NCBI RefSeq assembly: GCF_006345805.1
Contig: NC_043007.1
Span: forward strand, 56,668,001 to 56,732,000
Direction of reading: 5' to 3'
DNA from: Octopus sinensis
Taxonomy: Eukaryota
Length of the DNA: 64,000 nucleotides
This document shows positions 52,448 to 64,000 of this stretch, piece by piece (positions within the stretch are counted from its first letter, which is position 1; each line of letters opens with the position of its first letter). The notes under the pieces were generated by a model that had not been told where the DNA came from, did no database searches, and saw only the letters and a program-made list of their open reading frames with translations. The translations under genes were made by a program, and so were the position numbers.

Positions 52448-52999
52448 CACATACATATATACACAGAAGCACACACATATACACACACACTCGTGCGCGC
52501 TCCTATGGAACATATTTTTCATCACTTTCTGTAATTTGTATACATCGTGATAGCCTAACACTCAGTTTGTTATGAAGTTATATAGATCGCCGACAGGAAG
52601 TCTTAGCTCCAATGTTAACTTCCCACACATCAACATTACACTTTCGTTTCTGGAAATCTAACTTATTCATGCTCTTGCTTAAAGATGGAGGATCTGCATA
52701 CACGTTCATTATGATAAGCATAATTACGTAAACCTGTCATGAGTAAATTGCGGCCCACGGGACTTTCTGCATGGTACTACTAATTTCACAAGGAAAATGA
52801 CACTTATTAAAATTTGAATAAAATTTGAATCTTCTTCTAGTACTAAGGTTCGTCGGATAATGAGCCATGTCTCATTCGTCCCATTTATTGTAAAAGGCTA
52901 TCCATGCATAATGTAGACAGTTGTAGGCATATTTCAGGTTTTAAACGACATATAAGGGAAGATATATAACACTGAGTAACATAGATTACAAAAAAAAAA

Positions 53000-55036
53000 G
53001 CAAATTGCATGTTAGTAAAGCATCGAAGAACATAGCTTGTGATATTTCGTCCTTTGACAGTCCTGCGTCAGCTGTTCACAGCCAGCAGACTAAGGTGAAA
53101 CTTGTTTACTGGTCATGTTTCAAGAACTCTGCGAAGAATGTTTGCAGTTCCAAGCAATGCTGATTTTTGTAGGTGTTCTACCTTCACACTTACATCAATC
53201 TTTGTTAGCCAAGCTGGTAGTTGAGTACTGATACTTCCAAGTGCACCAATTACTATTGGTATCACGTCTACTCACCTCATTGACGACAACCTTCATATTT
53301 TCCACTTCAAATCGTCATAGTTGTTTATTTCTTTCTTCTTCTTTCACATTGATCTTATTGTCACCGGGACACGCTATGCTGATTATCATGCGTGTTCTTT
53401 CGTTCTTATACACCACAACAATGTCCGGTTTCTGATGTCTGGTCAGGTGATCGCACTGGATCATTGTATCCCACACAGGATTTTGCAATTCTCATTCTCG
53501 GTGACTCCTTCTGAGATTTATTTAAACCACGTCTTTGCTCTTTGTAGGCTATGATTTCCACAGAGCTCCCAATGGATCATTTTTGCCACATTGTCATTGG
53601 CGTCTTTTATATTCGAGGTGTGCCAATTTCGGGCACTCGCTAGCGATGTCACACCGTTTCACCTTTCCCGCCACGCATTTTGCATTTGTCACTGTCAGTA
53701 GTGTTGTCTATTCTACGCTACACATAGTGGGTCCTTAACGCTTGTTCTTCAGCTGCGCATATGAGTACTTCTGTCTCTATCCTCAGGTCACTCCACTTCA
53801 TCCATAACCACTGGTCCTCTGTATCCGCATTCGCGTTCACATCTCTTGCAAACTGACCGTACATTTTTTCAGTTTCATGCTTTTTTCTTTCTTTCTGTTC
53901 ATTTCTTCTTTAAATCTTTCTTTAGTTACACAATTTTCAGTTCTGCTGGTGCCGGCTTTCGCATGTTTCAACACTGGCTCCACGGCATTTTATATATGTC
54001 ACCTTAAGCTGTTTTTCTCTGCTTCGATACAGTTCTCGCAACTAATCAGACCTATCCCACCATTTATTTTGGCCTAGTACAGCCTATCGGTGTCACTCTT
54101 ACGGTGGAAGGCTTCGTGTACTGTCAACATTTTTCTGGTCTTGGTATCCATCTTCTTCATTTCTCTCTTTTGCCATTTTATAATTACCGCTCCATACCGA
54201 AGTGATGCTATCGCCCACGTATTAACTGCTTGGTTTTATTCCAGCCAGTCAATTTTTAGCACAACACCAACCATAGTCTTCTGAAATAACCCATCATCAA
54301 TTGCTATTTCATTTCCTTCTCCATTATCTCGTTGAACTCTAAATCACCGAGGTATTTGTAACTTTCCGTTTCAATTTGCTTAATCAAGTCTCTGTTCAGT
54401 TATTCTACCTCAGTTATTCTTGCCTCTTTTTGGGTAGATTATTCGGCACTTCTCAAGTCAAAATTTCATTCTAGTATCAGTTCTAAATAAATCGACCGTG
54501 TTAACCAAGGAACCCACTTGTGTCTCATCCTTGCCATACAGTTTCAAATCATCCATGAAACGGAATTGGGTGGTTGTTTGTGATTTTCCCATTAGTTGAT
54601 ACTCCAGGTTCATTTTCCTAAGTACCAAAGTCAAGGGTATCTCCTGAAAACACGGGTATCATGTAACGGAGACAAACTATCATCCTGAAAAATCCCACTT
54701 CTGATACCCAGAGTGCCCAAGCTTTTTCTGTGAGATGTCAGTTCAGTTTTCCACCCCACCATACTTCTCTTCAGGAAACACATTACATTCCTCGCAATTT
54801 CAAACACCACATCATCTTCAAACAACCCTTATTTAGGGAGATTCTGAGCAGGATGGGCTATTCGACTCGAAGAAAGTTCTGTTTATTTTGATATCAAGTT
54901 ACCATGTCGCACACATATGGTTGTGATGCAGGTGCTTGATGTACCACATATGAGACGGATAGTTATGATGGGTATATTGGGCTTCGTATAATTGCACTCC
55001 AGTGTCATTTTGATGGCAAGCGCTGCTCTCTCACTC
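53000..55036 (-). mobile_element. Degraded, internally deleted R4/Dong-like LINE joined at its 5' side to family F sequence
   Basis: GIFQDDSLSPL (54631-54825 ORF), MDDLKLYGK near 54550 and RLE C-terminus ALLGTANILRRVL near 53150. Confidence 0.75.
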
Positions 55037-55068
<32 letters not shown>

Positions 55069-55076
55069 CAATAACA

Positions 55077-55107
<31 letters not shown>

Positions 55108-55172
55108 CGACGACGACGACGACGACGACGATGATGATGATGATGATGATGACGATGATGATGATGATGAAG

Positions 55173-55259
<87 letters not shown>

Positions 55260-55445
55260 TGAGAGAGAACGATTTATTACAGACGGAACAAAGAGGATGC
55301 AAGGGGGAGATGCAGAAGTACCAACGATCAATTATGGTAAAGCAAGGTCGTAAACGAAGAACACATTTGGGGATGGCCTTGATTGACTATCGTAAAGCTT
55401 GTGATATAATTGCACATTCATGGATCATCGAGCACCTCCCAAGCT
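55260..55445 (+). pseudogene. R4/Dong-like RT fragment
   Basis: EQRGCK...MALIDYRKACDIIAHSWI (EQKGC...WIDYKKAYDSVPHSW motif). Confidence 0.7.
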
Positions 55446-55544
55446 AACCTGCCATATCTATCGAATTTTCTTTCTTCTTTATCGCATACTTTTTTGTCAA
55501 CTGGGCATGCTATATCTATGATCTAGCATAGTTTGCTTTCTTTC

Positions 55545-56205
55545 TCTATTAATACTATGCCTGGCTTCCTATTCTCTATCTCATTGTCACACTGAATCAT
55601 AAAATCCCACAGGATCTTTGCATTATCTTTTTCGATGATACCTTTGGGTTTGTGGTCGTACCAATTTTTGGCTCTGTTAAGTTCATACTTGTTGCAAAGT
55701 GTCCAGTGGATAAGCCTTGCTATATTGTCGTAGCGTTTCTTATATTCCTTCTGGGCTAGTGGTGTACATGGGCTGGTAATATGCCATACGGCTACACCAT
55801 TTTATCCACAGATTCTGCACTTATCACTTTCTGATGTGTTGTCAATTATGTATTTTATGTAGTTTGTTCTTAGCGCTTGCTCTTGGGCAACACAGATTAC
55901 AGCCTCCGTTTCCGGTTTTACATCACTTTTAGTCATCCACAGCCATCATTTTTCTCTGTCTTATCTTTAACATCCCTATGAAATCATCAATGCATTCTTT
56001 TCTTTACCCACCTATTTTCAGTTTCACTCGTTTTCAATTGCTTGAACAGTGCTTTATCTTTGCAATCATTCATCCTACACAGGTCTGACCTTCCTACTTC
56101 TAATATTAGCTGTTCTTTGACATTTTTTACATACCATGCTTTGTTGTTTTCTTTTGCTCTAATGCTGTGTTCGCATCCAATAAGCCAATAAGCCAATATC
56201 CTGTT
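55545..56205 (-). pseudogene. R4/Dong-like LINE fragment (CCHC/RLE region)
   Basis: RWVKKRMH; minus strand also encodes CRICG and RYDNIARLIHW-like and LWDFMIQC motifs. Confidence 0.7.
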
Positions 56206-56232
56206 TGCCAATTATTTTTATTATTATTATTA

Positions 56233-56324
<92 letters not shown>

Positions 56325-57655
56325 CATTCAGTAGTTTTATTTTTATAGCGTGCTTTCACTTCACTACCGAGCGCAGCTCTGTGGACCTTGTGTGTGTGCT
56401 GTGATTCGTTGTGATGCTCTGATGGTTACTGTATTGAAAGTGTTCTGCGTAGGATGCGTGCAGTGCCTAGTAGTGCAATTTTCGGTATGTTATATGTGTT
56501 TGTAAGTCCTGGTGTTTTTGTTATGTATTTGTCTGAATATTTTTTTATCATGCCCAATGCACCCACTATGATAGGAATTGTTTGTGTTTTTAGGTTCCAC
56601 ATTCTAGTCACCTCCATTTCCATGTCTTTGTATTTTGAAAGTTTCTCCATTTCTTTTAGAGAAACGTTGTCATCTGCTGGTATTGATACATCAATTAGAA
56701 AGCATTTTTTTCTTCATGATCTCTGACAACTATATCTGGTCTGTTGGCCTTAATTTCTCTATCTGTGTGTATTCGCATATCCCAGAGTATGGTTGCTTTC
56801 TCGTTTTCTGTGACCTTTTCTGGTGTGTGCCTATACCATCTTTTTTCTGTTGTTATTCCATAATGTTGACATAGCTTCCAGTGTATGTAAGTCCCAACTC
56901 TGTCGTGTCTGTGAAAATATTCCTTCTTATCCAGGACTGGGCAGCCAGAGATAATATGATTTCTTGTTTCTTGTCCATCTCCACATATTCTGCAGTCACT
57001 TGTTATATTTCTTTTCATTACATGTTTTGGTAATTTATGGTGGGGAGGCTTTGGTCTTGTGCTGCAATTAAAAATCCCTCTGTCTCTGCTTTGAGTCCTG
57101 AGCTTCTCAACCACTGCTGGGATTTCCTTTGTCTATTTCTTTTGCATTTAGTTTAGTCCAGTACTTGCTATGAAGGGGCTTTTCTTGCCATCGTTTTATA
57201 ATAGTCCATTGCTGTTCTAGTTTTAGTTTGGATTTCATTTGCTTTATAGCTTTTGTTTGGATTTCATTTATAGTTTTAGTTTGGATTTCATTTGCTTTAT
57301 AGCTTTTTCTTCTTCTTCTTCTCTTCTTCTTCTTCTTCTTCTTCTTCTTCTTCTTCTTCTTCTTCTTCTTCTTCTTCTTCTTCTTCTTCTTCTTCGTTAG
57401 GTGGTATGATTTCTTGTTTGTATTTGTCAGCTTCCTTAAATACTGAGAACAATTTTTTGTTTTGCTACTGTTTTGCCGCTATTTGTATCAGTTTTCCTAG
57501 TTTCTGAAGTAGGCATTTTTGGAGTCCTATGGTGATTATTTTATAGTACTTTTCCAGCTTTATAAGGCCTCTACCACCTTCTATACCTTGTATATATAGC
57601 CTTTCTATGTCAGATTTTGGGTGATGCATCCTAGATCCTGTCATTATTTTTGTTG
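56325..57655 (-). mobile_element. R4/Dong-like LINE 3' part with CCHC finger and PD..D endonuclease, flanked by (ATT)n
   Basis: CRICGDGQETRNHIISGC, HRHDRVGTYIHW, ANRPDIVVRD and KYKDMEMEVTRMW...ALLGTARILRR. Confidence 0.88.
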
Positions 57656-57660
57656 TTTTC

Positions 57661-57744
<84 letters not shown>

Positions 57745-57773
57745 TATTATAATTATTATTATTATTATTATTA

Positions 57774-57815
<42 letters not shown>

Positions 57816-57844
57816 CATCCTCCTCATCATCATCATTATATAAA

Positions 57845-58275
57845 ACTCACAGCTTATTTTGCTGATGGAAAGTGTCAGCTGTCCACAGCCAACAGACTAA
57901 GGTGACACTTGTTTACTGTCATGCTTCAAGAACCCTACGAAGAATTCTTGCAGTTCCAAGCAATGCTGAGTTTTGTAGGTGTTCTACCTTCACACTTGCA
58001 CCGATCTTTTTCAGCCATGTTGGTAGTTGAGTGCTGATACTTCCAAGTGTACCAATTACTATTGGCATCACTTCTACTCTTCATTGACCACAACCTTCGT
58101 ACTTCTCACTTTAAATCGTTGTTTATATTTTCTTCTTCTTTCACATTGATCCAGTTGTCACAGGGGCATGCTATGTCGATAGTCATACATATTATTTCTG
58201 TTTTATTCACCACAACAATGTCCAGTTTCCGATGTCTGGTTAGGTGATCGCACTGGATCATTACATCCCTCAGGA
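57845..58275 (-). mobile_element. R4/Dong-like LINE 3' end, same subfamily as 53000-53470
   Basis: Nucleotide similarity to 53040-53470 (cagactaaggtga...gcagttccaagcaatgctg). Confidence 0.75.
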
Positions 58276-58277
58276 TT

Positions 58278-58768
58278 TTATAATTCTCGTTCTGAGTTCA
58301 AATTCCGCCGAAGTCGACTTTGCTTTTCATCCTTTTGGGGTCGATGAATTAAGTACCAGTGAAACACTTGAATCAATGTGATTGACTTATCCTCTCCCTC
58401 AAACTGGCTACCCTTATGGCAAACATTGAAACCATTATTGTTGTTGTTATTTGTATAATTGTCAAAGCTCCTAGCTGATAGAATCGTTAGCACACTGGGC
58501 GAAATGCCCGGCGATATTTCAATCGTCTTTATGTTCTAGTTCAAATTCTGCCGTGGTCGAGTTTGCCAGTCATCCTGCCGGAGTCGATAAAATAAGTACC
58601 AGTTGAGTACTGGGGTCGATGTAATCGACTGTACCCCTCGCTCAAATTTCAGGTCTTGTGCCTTTATTTAGAAAGGAATATTATTATTATTGTTGATGTT
58701 GTTGTTGTTGCTGCTGCTATTGTTGTTGTTGTTGCTGTTGTTGTTGTTGCTGCTGCTGCTGCTGCTGC

Positions 58769-58811
<43 letters not shown>

Positions 58812-59345
58812 AAGTCGTCGAACTGGCAAAATCGTTATTACTTCGGAAAAATGCTCAGCGGCATTTTATGTCTTCGTTCTGAATTCAAACTCCGTCGAGG
58901 TCGACTTTACTTATCCTTTCGGAGTCCATGAAATACGTACCAGTTGAGCACTGGGGTCAATGTCACTGACTGCCCAACTCCAAAGAAATTGCTAGCTTTG
59001 TGCCAAAATTTGAAACTATTATTATTGAAGTGGTGAGCTAGCAGAATCGTTAACGCGTCGTACAAATTGCTTAGCAGCGTTTCTTCTGGCTTTTTTCCAT
59101 TTTGAGTTCAAAATCTGCCGATGTCGACTTTACTTTATAATTGTTATCCCGCGTGCCATAAAAAATAACATATGTATCGAAATTTAACAACAATTATATC
59201 ATCGTTATACAGGTTTAGGTACCACACCGAGGTCCACTTTGCCTTTCATCCTTTCGGAGTCTGTGAAATAAGTACCAGTTGTGTACTGTGTCGATTTAAT
59301 CGACTAGCCCCTTGCCCCTAATTCCAGGCCATGTGCCTAAGGCAG
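58278..59345 (+). mobile_element. Cluster of about five tRNA-derived SINE copies
   Basis: Repeated gagttcaaattc, gtcgactttgc and aagtaccagttg cores. Confidence 0.8.
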
Positions 59346-59528
59346 AAAGGTTTATGTGGGTTTAGGTATATATTCACTTTCGTGTGTGAGAGAGAGTGCG
59401 TATGTATACATGCATGTTTGTGTGTGTGTGTGTGTGAGTGTATGCGCGTATGTTTGTACGTGTGTGTGTATGTTTGTCTGTTTGCGTGCGTGCGTATGTG
59501 TGTGTGTGTATGTGTGTGTGTGTGTGTG

Positions 59529-59572
<44 letters not shown>

Positions 59573-60165
59573 ACATGTGTTCGCATCTAGTAGCTGTTTT
59601 TCAAACTTCCTTGACGTAAGTAAAATAACTGCTCTATATGAAAAAGAGTTTTGTCGTGATTTTACGATATTTCTGCTTTTTCCGTACCCATTCCTTCTGC
59701 CAACTCCGAAGATGTTGAGGTCTTTTTGGTAATTCACGTTTACCATATTTGGAATCATAGAAAACTAGGTGCCTTGTTGTTAATAAATATGTTTATGTGG
59801 GCAGATATATGTTAAGTATAAATAAAAGGTTATAAAGACACTGTTGTACACGCACATCTGCTTCTACATATAACTACATAAGGTTTCAATACCGACACGC
59901 ACATGCTAAATTGGAAGATCTATGGATGTATATATTTATATATTTGGAAGTATGTGTTTGCATTTGTGTGTATGTATGTGCACACTTATGTGTAAGTGTT
60001 TATACGTACTTACGCTTAAATATACAAATGTTTCTAAATGGCTGGTGAAAGGATGTGTGTATGTCTATTGGCATAACACATACACACACACACACATATA
60101 TATATACATATATATATATATACATATATGTATATACATACATACATACATACATACTACATACA

Positions 60166-60199
<34 letters not shown>

Positions 60200-60240
60200 C
60201 CTAGATACGCATATTTATATTATATTATATTATGTTATGT

Positions 60241-60280
60241 TATACTAGCTTTGCAGCCCGGCGTTGCCCGTGTCTTATGA
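60241..60280 (+). mobile_element. Possible non-autonomous Helitron terminus
   Basis: tatactagctttgcagcccggcgttgcccg resembles the actag...cccggcgttgcccg starts I recall from non-autonomous Helitrons; no other end found. Confidence 0.3.
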
Positions 60281-61001
60281 CTTACAGCAACATTGCATCA
60301 TTTGTTCCTTTCTTATTAGTAGAATAGGCGCACGAGGAGTATGAAGCAAACAACTCTTCTTTATAAGCATGTTCTTCGGTCATTTTCTTGTGAACAACGC
60401 TGCAGTTTCCGTCTACCAAATTTAGAAACAAGTCTCTGATTGGCCTAGGACTATTGTAGAAAACACCAACCCAAAGTACCAAGCAGAGGGATTGAAGTGA
60501 AACTATGTGGTTGGGAAGCAAACGTCTCAACCACAGTCATTCTGGCACCTAAGGTGTGTGTGTGTGTATGTTTACATTTATTGTTAAATTGAGTATTGTG
60601 TCCCAACATGTTTCAAAGTTAGTAGTTCATCAAGCAGAGGTCTATAAAATAAATGCCAGATTGAAATACGTACTGAGGTCAGTATGAAAAATTAAATTTT
60701 TGAAGGTGGTACCCTATCATGGCGACAGTCGAAAGACTAAGCCCAGGAAAATAATGTTTAAAGACTTAATGGCTGCAAATTTAGGGTAATGGATTATTAA
60801 CCACAAGATAATGAGTTCAAAACTTCGTATTGAACTTCCATTCTATACAATAACAATATATATACATCTCAATGTACTTGACTTCCAACAATTAACAATT
60901 GTAATTTGAAGTTGAATGGTTAGCAGTAAGAAAGATGTCTAGATTTCTTTAAAAATTGTTGTGCAAAATATTCTGAGAAAAAGTACTTTTTTCATCACAG
61001 C

Positions 61002-61043
<42 letters not shown>

Positions 61044-61488
61044 TATCTCTGGTAACTTGAACAATTCCATGTATTTTAAGTTGCCTCTCTTAGCTAAAAA
61101 CGTCAAAACTGTGCGACCCGAGCTCGCTTTGGAGGTTATTCTTGTAGCAAAAAGTTGTGCAAAAAGTATACTTTATTCGGTAGCTGAAAAATTACTGAAT
61201 CTTTTGATACATCATACGTCAAAATCGGCAACTCAGTTTTCTAATCCATAAGGAACATACGTACGCACACACATAGACACACACAAACTCTGTTTTATTA
61301 TATAAGGTTATATATTGTACTACATTTAACGCACATGTGAGAGTTTTATGTTGCAATGGTTAGCTCTTTGAATTTTACAGTCTTATTTCGAATCTCGGTA
61401 GAACCTGATACAATATCTTTGGGTGGGGGAGTTCTTCCAAAAGATGGCAGAGATTATAAATTACAATCAATATATCTGAAGTAAATAA

Positions 61489-61672
61489 GGCGGTGAGCTG
61501 GCAGAATCGTTAGCACAACGGGCAAAATGCTTAGCGGCATTTCGTTTAACTTTACGTTCTAAGGTCAACTTTGCCTTTCATCTTTTCAGGGTCTATAAAA
61601 GAAGTATTGGAATTGACGTAAACAACTTATTCCTTTCCCCAAAATTGCAGGCTTTGTGCTAAAATTGGAAAC
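61489..61672 (+). mobile_element. tRNA-derived SINE with TSD
   Basis: Start ggcggtgagctggcagaatcg; flanking caatatatct(g/a)aagta at 61468-61483 and 61673-61688 (15/16 identical). Confidence 0.85.
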
Positions 61673-62139
61673 CAATATATCTAAAGTAGTTATCAGTAAA
61701 TTTTAAGTCACTTGGGTCAGAGAAGGCTTGGCTATGTGGTTAAGTTTGATTTGCAATCACATGGCTTCAGGTTCATTCCTACTGTGCAGCACCTTCGGCG
61801 AGTATAGCCCCAAACCGACCAATGTCCAATAAGTGAATTTCATAGATCATACTGTTTTCACGACCGTATGTGTGTGTGTGTGTGTGTGTAATACATCAGC
61901 TTACGGTGTTATATACAAACCGCTTTTATCGTCGTTTCGACAATCCATGGCTTGGATGTTTCATGAAGAAATATGAATGATGTGATTCATATTCAACACA
62001 TCAGACAAAAACCAATACTGTACGTAGTCTGATAAACGGTCTTAGCTGGAATGTTGATTGAGGATACACCTCTGATTTATAAATATCTTTTTATCTGACA
62101 CACACACACACGCACACACATATATGATTACTGCTATAA

Positions 62140-62200
<61 letters not shown>

Positions 62201-62252
62201 ATATAATACATTTATACATATTCCGACTAAGTTACACATTTATACACAGATA

Positions 62253-62299
<47 letters not shown>

Positions 62300-63270
62300 T
62301 CACCTTACAACCATAGTGTAATCAATTTTAATCATAAAATAATTTTCTAGCAGAATTAATGGCTGATCATTTGCGCAATTGATACAATCCTTTTGTCCGG
62401 CTTCTTCGCATTTTCCATCTAATGTTTGTCATAAACTTGCATTAATCTTTGGCTGTGATAAAAGACATTTGGTCAAGTTTTCAAGCTGTGAGATCGAACC
62501 TAGGACATCATGGTTATGAAACGAACTTCATCAACTGGGCATGTCTACGCCCTCTGCATTGTGAATAGTCATATTCACTACACACACAGATACATACATT
62601 CATACATACATACATACATACATACATACATACATACATACATACATACATACAAACATACATACATACATACACACTGCAGTGCAAAAGATGTGACAGC
62701 GATAATATATGATATGACACACACAAAGAAATGCACATACACATACATACGCACCAACACAATGAACACCTTCACACGTGCAGTAAATAGCTTATAAAGT
62801 AAAACTTAGTAACACGCGCTCGCGCGCGCAAACGCACCATAACACAAGCTAAATATACATACGCACGCTTGAACACCCAGACGAAACATATACAGGCAGA
62901 CATACACAATAATACTTATAACCTTTGTAAAAGATTACTAAATATATACAAATAAACAATGTCTTGAAATGCCACACAGAATTCTAGAAATTTTGACCTC
63001 TGACACCTTAAAACGTCTGCTAACCTACAACAGAATAAAATTCACTTGCTAGCTAAAAATGTATTTCTAACTTCATTCTTGTTTTCTTTTGTTCTCATCC
63101 AAAATACTAAAATGGCGGAAAACATTTTTGGAGTTCGAAAGTAACTTTTAGTTTTGTTTTTTTTTTCTGCTATGAAATTAGTTGTTAGATATTTGAAGAT
63201 TATCAAACCTGTGGTTGGAGATTAAATATTATTTAGCATGATTAGAAAAGAGGGAAAGAAGGAAGGAAGG

Positions 63271-63384
<114 letters not shown>

Positions 63385-64000
63385 TAGATAGATATTTTGA
63401 GAGGCGAAAAATATAATGACTACAGACACGGCAATCAGCTGATGACGATCGTAGCTATTTGCATGAGACAAAAACGCATTTGCTTTTGATAACCAAAAGC
63501 TGATTACATGTACAACATACATCTACAGGTGGAAGGCTAGGAAGCATCGTTAGTGCTGTATCTTAGTGTTTCTTGGTGTTTCGAGTCTTACAACGTAAAC
63601 CCTTAACAGGGACCCAGACCTAGACTAATCAAGCGAAGGCCTGTGCCCACAGACAAGCGGAAAAACCGCCCTCTGAGTGGTTTTCAAGTTCCTGGCTTAT
63701 TTATAAATTTGATTCCCAATTTGAGTAATTTTTCTACGTCACATTAATTTTCGTTTGTATCCTTTATTCATCTAATAGTACTAACTCACTCAACAAATAT
63801 TTCTGTGCTTATTTTATTTTACTCTCTCGCTTTTAGTCCATCATCTACGTGGTCATTTATTATACTAGATGTAGCAGGGATCACGTGGATATATCCTAAG
63901 GCACATAACGTATCAGATAGTCACACCAACAATTTCTCCTCTGATATTCTTTTATTGTTTGCAAATTATGCTGGTATCTCTGAAAAGTTTCATTTTATTA

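Overview
AT-rich, microsatellite-saturated eukaryotic DNA; the SINE families suggest a coleoid cephalopod, probably Octopus (inferred from recall, not searched). No host protein-coding gene is supported: nearly all listed ORFs are translated simple repeats. The window holds many tRNA-derived SINEs, degraded R4/Dong-like LINEs in (TAA)n tracts, a near-intact CR1/L2-type LINE (35499-38269, minus), and Tc1/mariner relics and MITEs. The notable signal is a set of hammerhead ribozyme (HHR) bearing non-coding elements inserted into (TA)n microsatellites. (1) A 5.4-copy tandem array of a highly structured ~351-nt monomer (13862-15741), each full copy with a type I hammerhead, i.e. retrozyme architecture. 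(2) A ~595-nt tandem array (11859-13448) with a hammerhead whose helix II is a hairpin of about 75 nt. (3) A further extended-helix-II hammerhead (19486-19619) and a relic one. (4) Two ~200-bp families with minimal hammerhead-like motifs showing helix I covariation. Palindromic helix III and inverted element ends point to dimeric self-cleavage and mobilisation by Penelope-like retroelements. All folds were done by eye, and novelty relative to databases could not be checked.
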